Source of the DNA: Phoronis australis
Taxonomy: Eukaryota; Animalia; Phoronida
Direction of reading: 5' to 3'
NCBI GenBank assembly: GCA_002633005.1
Contig: NMRA01000807.1
Span: 100,183-137,571, forward strand
DNA length: 37,389 nucleotides
Shown here: in pieces, positions 35,406-37,389 of the stretch
How positions within the stretch are numbered: the stretch's first letter is position 1
Layout of the letters: each line of letters starts with the position of its first letter
Position numbers and translations under genes: made by a program
The notes under the pieces: generated by a model
The model's input: only the letters and a program-made list of their open reading frames with translations
Database searches by the model: none
What the model was told of the DNA's origin: nothing

Positions 35406-35993
35406 CTCGCTGGTTCCCTGCGTGCTTAGCCAAGCCAGCACGCAGGTATCACGCAGTGGCACGCACTTTAGTATTGGTCGATGTAACCTCGGCAGGGTCA
35501 TTGGTTAGCTTTACAACACCGTGAAAAAATGGTGGACTGTGAACTATTTTTAGCCTTGCCATGCAAGTGACGTCGCAGCAACTATTTCGTTTCTGCAGAG
35601 ATGTTTAATAGCCGCGTGCTTGAAGCACATACATGTACAATAAACACATATCTGGCCGATTTATGTGTTATTCATACTGAATGAATATAGGACACTATCG
35701 TAAACAAAAGTCATCGACAGTAGAAAGAGACATTCCGAAAAGTCGCAATCACAATTTCTAGGCTTCACATTTCCTGAACATAGATTTTATGCACCGATTT
35801 GTCTGTACAACAGACCCCATTTACTCTTCAGTCCACCAGTCATGTCAGTTTGTTTGCGTAAAGCGCTGCCTGTTGAGAATTCGACTAGTAAATCAGAAAC
35901 GCCGGTGTAAAAAATTTACCGAGGAAAATTAAGTGATACCTGCGTGCTGGCGCGGCTACCGCCCCACCTAGCGGCATGCAAGGTACCAGCGAG
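35406..35993. mobile_element. complete 588-bp MITE with hairpin-containing TIRs
   Basis: Left CTCGCTGGTTCCCTGCGTGC...GCCAGCACGCAGGTATCA and right TGATACCTGCGTGCTGGC...GCATGCAAGGTACCAGCGAG. No TSD seen. Confidence 0.8.
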
Positions 35994-36254
35994 TCACTGG
36001 TTGCGATCTTCTATTAGTTTGATATTTTCCCTATCGACTGATTGACTTTTAAAAACGCATGTAAGTATTGTATCACAGGTTTTTATGTTTCTGGAAAATC
36101 ACATGCTTCTGCCTTTTATAGTATGTGTTAGATATCGCGCTTTGAAAAGGGCGATTAACCGTGTCACGTGACTAGAAACACTCCAATATGGCAATATAGC
36201 GTCAAGTTGTCAGCTGCAGTAGCGCGTACGCCCGGTCTGTGTGATGTATATGGT

Positions 36255-36390
36255 CATGTCTGTTTGTTTGCGTAAAGCGCTACCTGTTGAAAATTCGACC
36301 AGCCAATTACAAACGCCGGTGTAAAAAAATTCCCGAGGAAAATTAAATGATACCTGCGTGTGTTCTACCACATAGCGACACGCACGCGTT
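36255..36390 (+). mobile_element. second right end of the hairpin-TIR family (homologous to 35841-35946)
   Basis: CATGTC.GTTTGTTTGCGTAAAGCGCT.CCTGTTGA.AATTCGAC...AAACGCCGGTGTAAAAAA...CCGAGGAAAATTAA.TGATACCTGCGTG. Confidence 0.85.
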
Positions 36391-36523
36391 CATTTAAACT
36401 GTTTTCGAGTACGGACCGTGTATTATTTATAGGGTAGGTACTTCTTGGATCCTTATAACATCTTCTAACCATGTAATAAGGGTTAACAACGCGTGAGACA
36501 AGGACTTTAATCTCACCACCAGT

Positions 36524-36553
36524 GTACCCTCTGACACAGCGCCACCTATACTG
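36524..36553 (-). repeat. inverted copy of 278-307
   Basis: GTACCCTCTGACACAGCGCCACCTATACTG. Confidence 0.85.
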
Positions 36554-36845
36554 TCGTTTAGCACTGTGATAGAGTGTAACCACCAGTGCAGTAGGGTTGT
36601 CAGTACGGTATACTGCTGAATGAGGGCGCTGTGGTACAAAGCAAGTACATAAACATGCGCTCTAACATTTTTTCCGAAGAAGCACCTGTAGCAACGTTTC
36701 TGCTAATACTTATCTACAAACACTACCTGTCTTCTTGTCTCAAATTTTCAAATGGGTAAATGGAACGAAGGAACGACTGAAAGTAAATCTGTAAGTAAAA
36801 CCTCCAGGAGGAACCAGTGATTGGACAACTGAAGTTCATCTTCAT

Positions 36846-37000
36846 CATGGGCGGATTTAGGGGGGGCCCAGGGCCCGCCCCCTTGGCTGCCGCAAGCAAA
36901 AATGGAACAGCAAGAGCGTGAAGCGCGTGGAAATATTGAGTATATTGAAGCCACTAGGACGCGGAGAAGGGGGCGCCCCAGATAGCGGCGATTCCGTTTT
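36846..37000 (+). mobile_element. MITE fragment related to the CAGTGGCGGATCTAG family (copy 4)
   Basis: Starts CATGGGCGGATTTAGGGGGGG, resembling the reverse complement of copy 2's right end. Extent approximate. Confidence 0.55.
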
Positions 37001-37389
37001 TTTTTCTTTTTTTTAGTCCACCGGTAGAGTAGATTTTCCGAACAGATGGTTCACATACTCGAATCCCGTACTCCCGCAACTTCGGGCCAGCTGCACATAC
37101 AATCGTCGCACTTTGATCCGCTAGACTGCATCTTAGACCCGTAGTTGATATGCATGTATCTTCCCGACAGCTTCCAGTCTAAATACCCGCCTTTTCAGTG
37201 ACAGTTTCACGATGAGCACAATTCGATCAGCATTCTCACTTCCCGTTTTCGTAACACTGAGTGGTAGCATTGCCCAAGGTCTCCAGGTTGTGACACACTC
37301 CCCCCGCTCGTTAATTGGGAATTTCTTTTGAATTCTTGTTTTACGGTTTTTATCTGCTGCTCTGTTGCTTCTACAATACCTTTTGTTAA

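Overview
AT-rich, repeat-dense eukaryotic DNA, most likely from a marine invertebrate (inferred from the repeat repertoire). There is no prokaryotic operon, rRNA or CRISPR array. One spliced + strand host gene can be assembled from four phase-compatible exons (8671-8754, 28218-28326, 30675-30833, 31112-31158). It encodes a short protein of about 132 aa with a YDNPSF motif and one C-terminal transmembrane helix. Most of the rest is layered transposon debris: MITEs, tRNA-derived SINE heads, an RTE LINE 3' end, a THAP-domain fossil split by a TSD-flanked insertion, and a decayed Academ-type (XPG-like plus Cys-finger) ORF. The stand-out is a 3,038-bp element (17300-20337) in the first intron. It has CAC...GTG termini, 50-bp TIRs (47/50 identical), a perfect 5-bp TSD (GCGAT) and five 13-bp boxes at each end. 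It carries two convergent, intron-containing pseudogenes: one with a CxCCG motif and RING-finger remnant, the other ending in a PHD-like remnant. This is a Transib/RAG-type end structure with a RAG1/RAG2-like tail-to-tail layout, but no recognisable DDE core or kelch domain. All protein assignments come from manual motif reading and need HMM confirmation.
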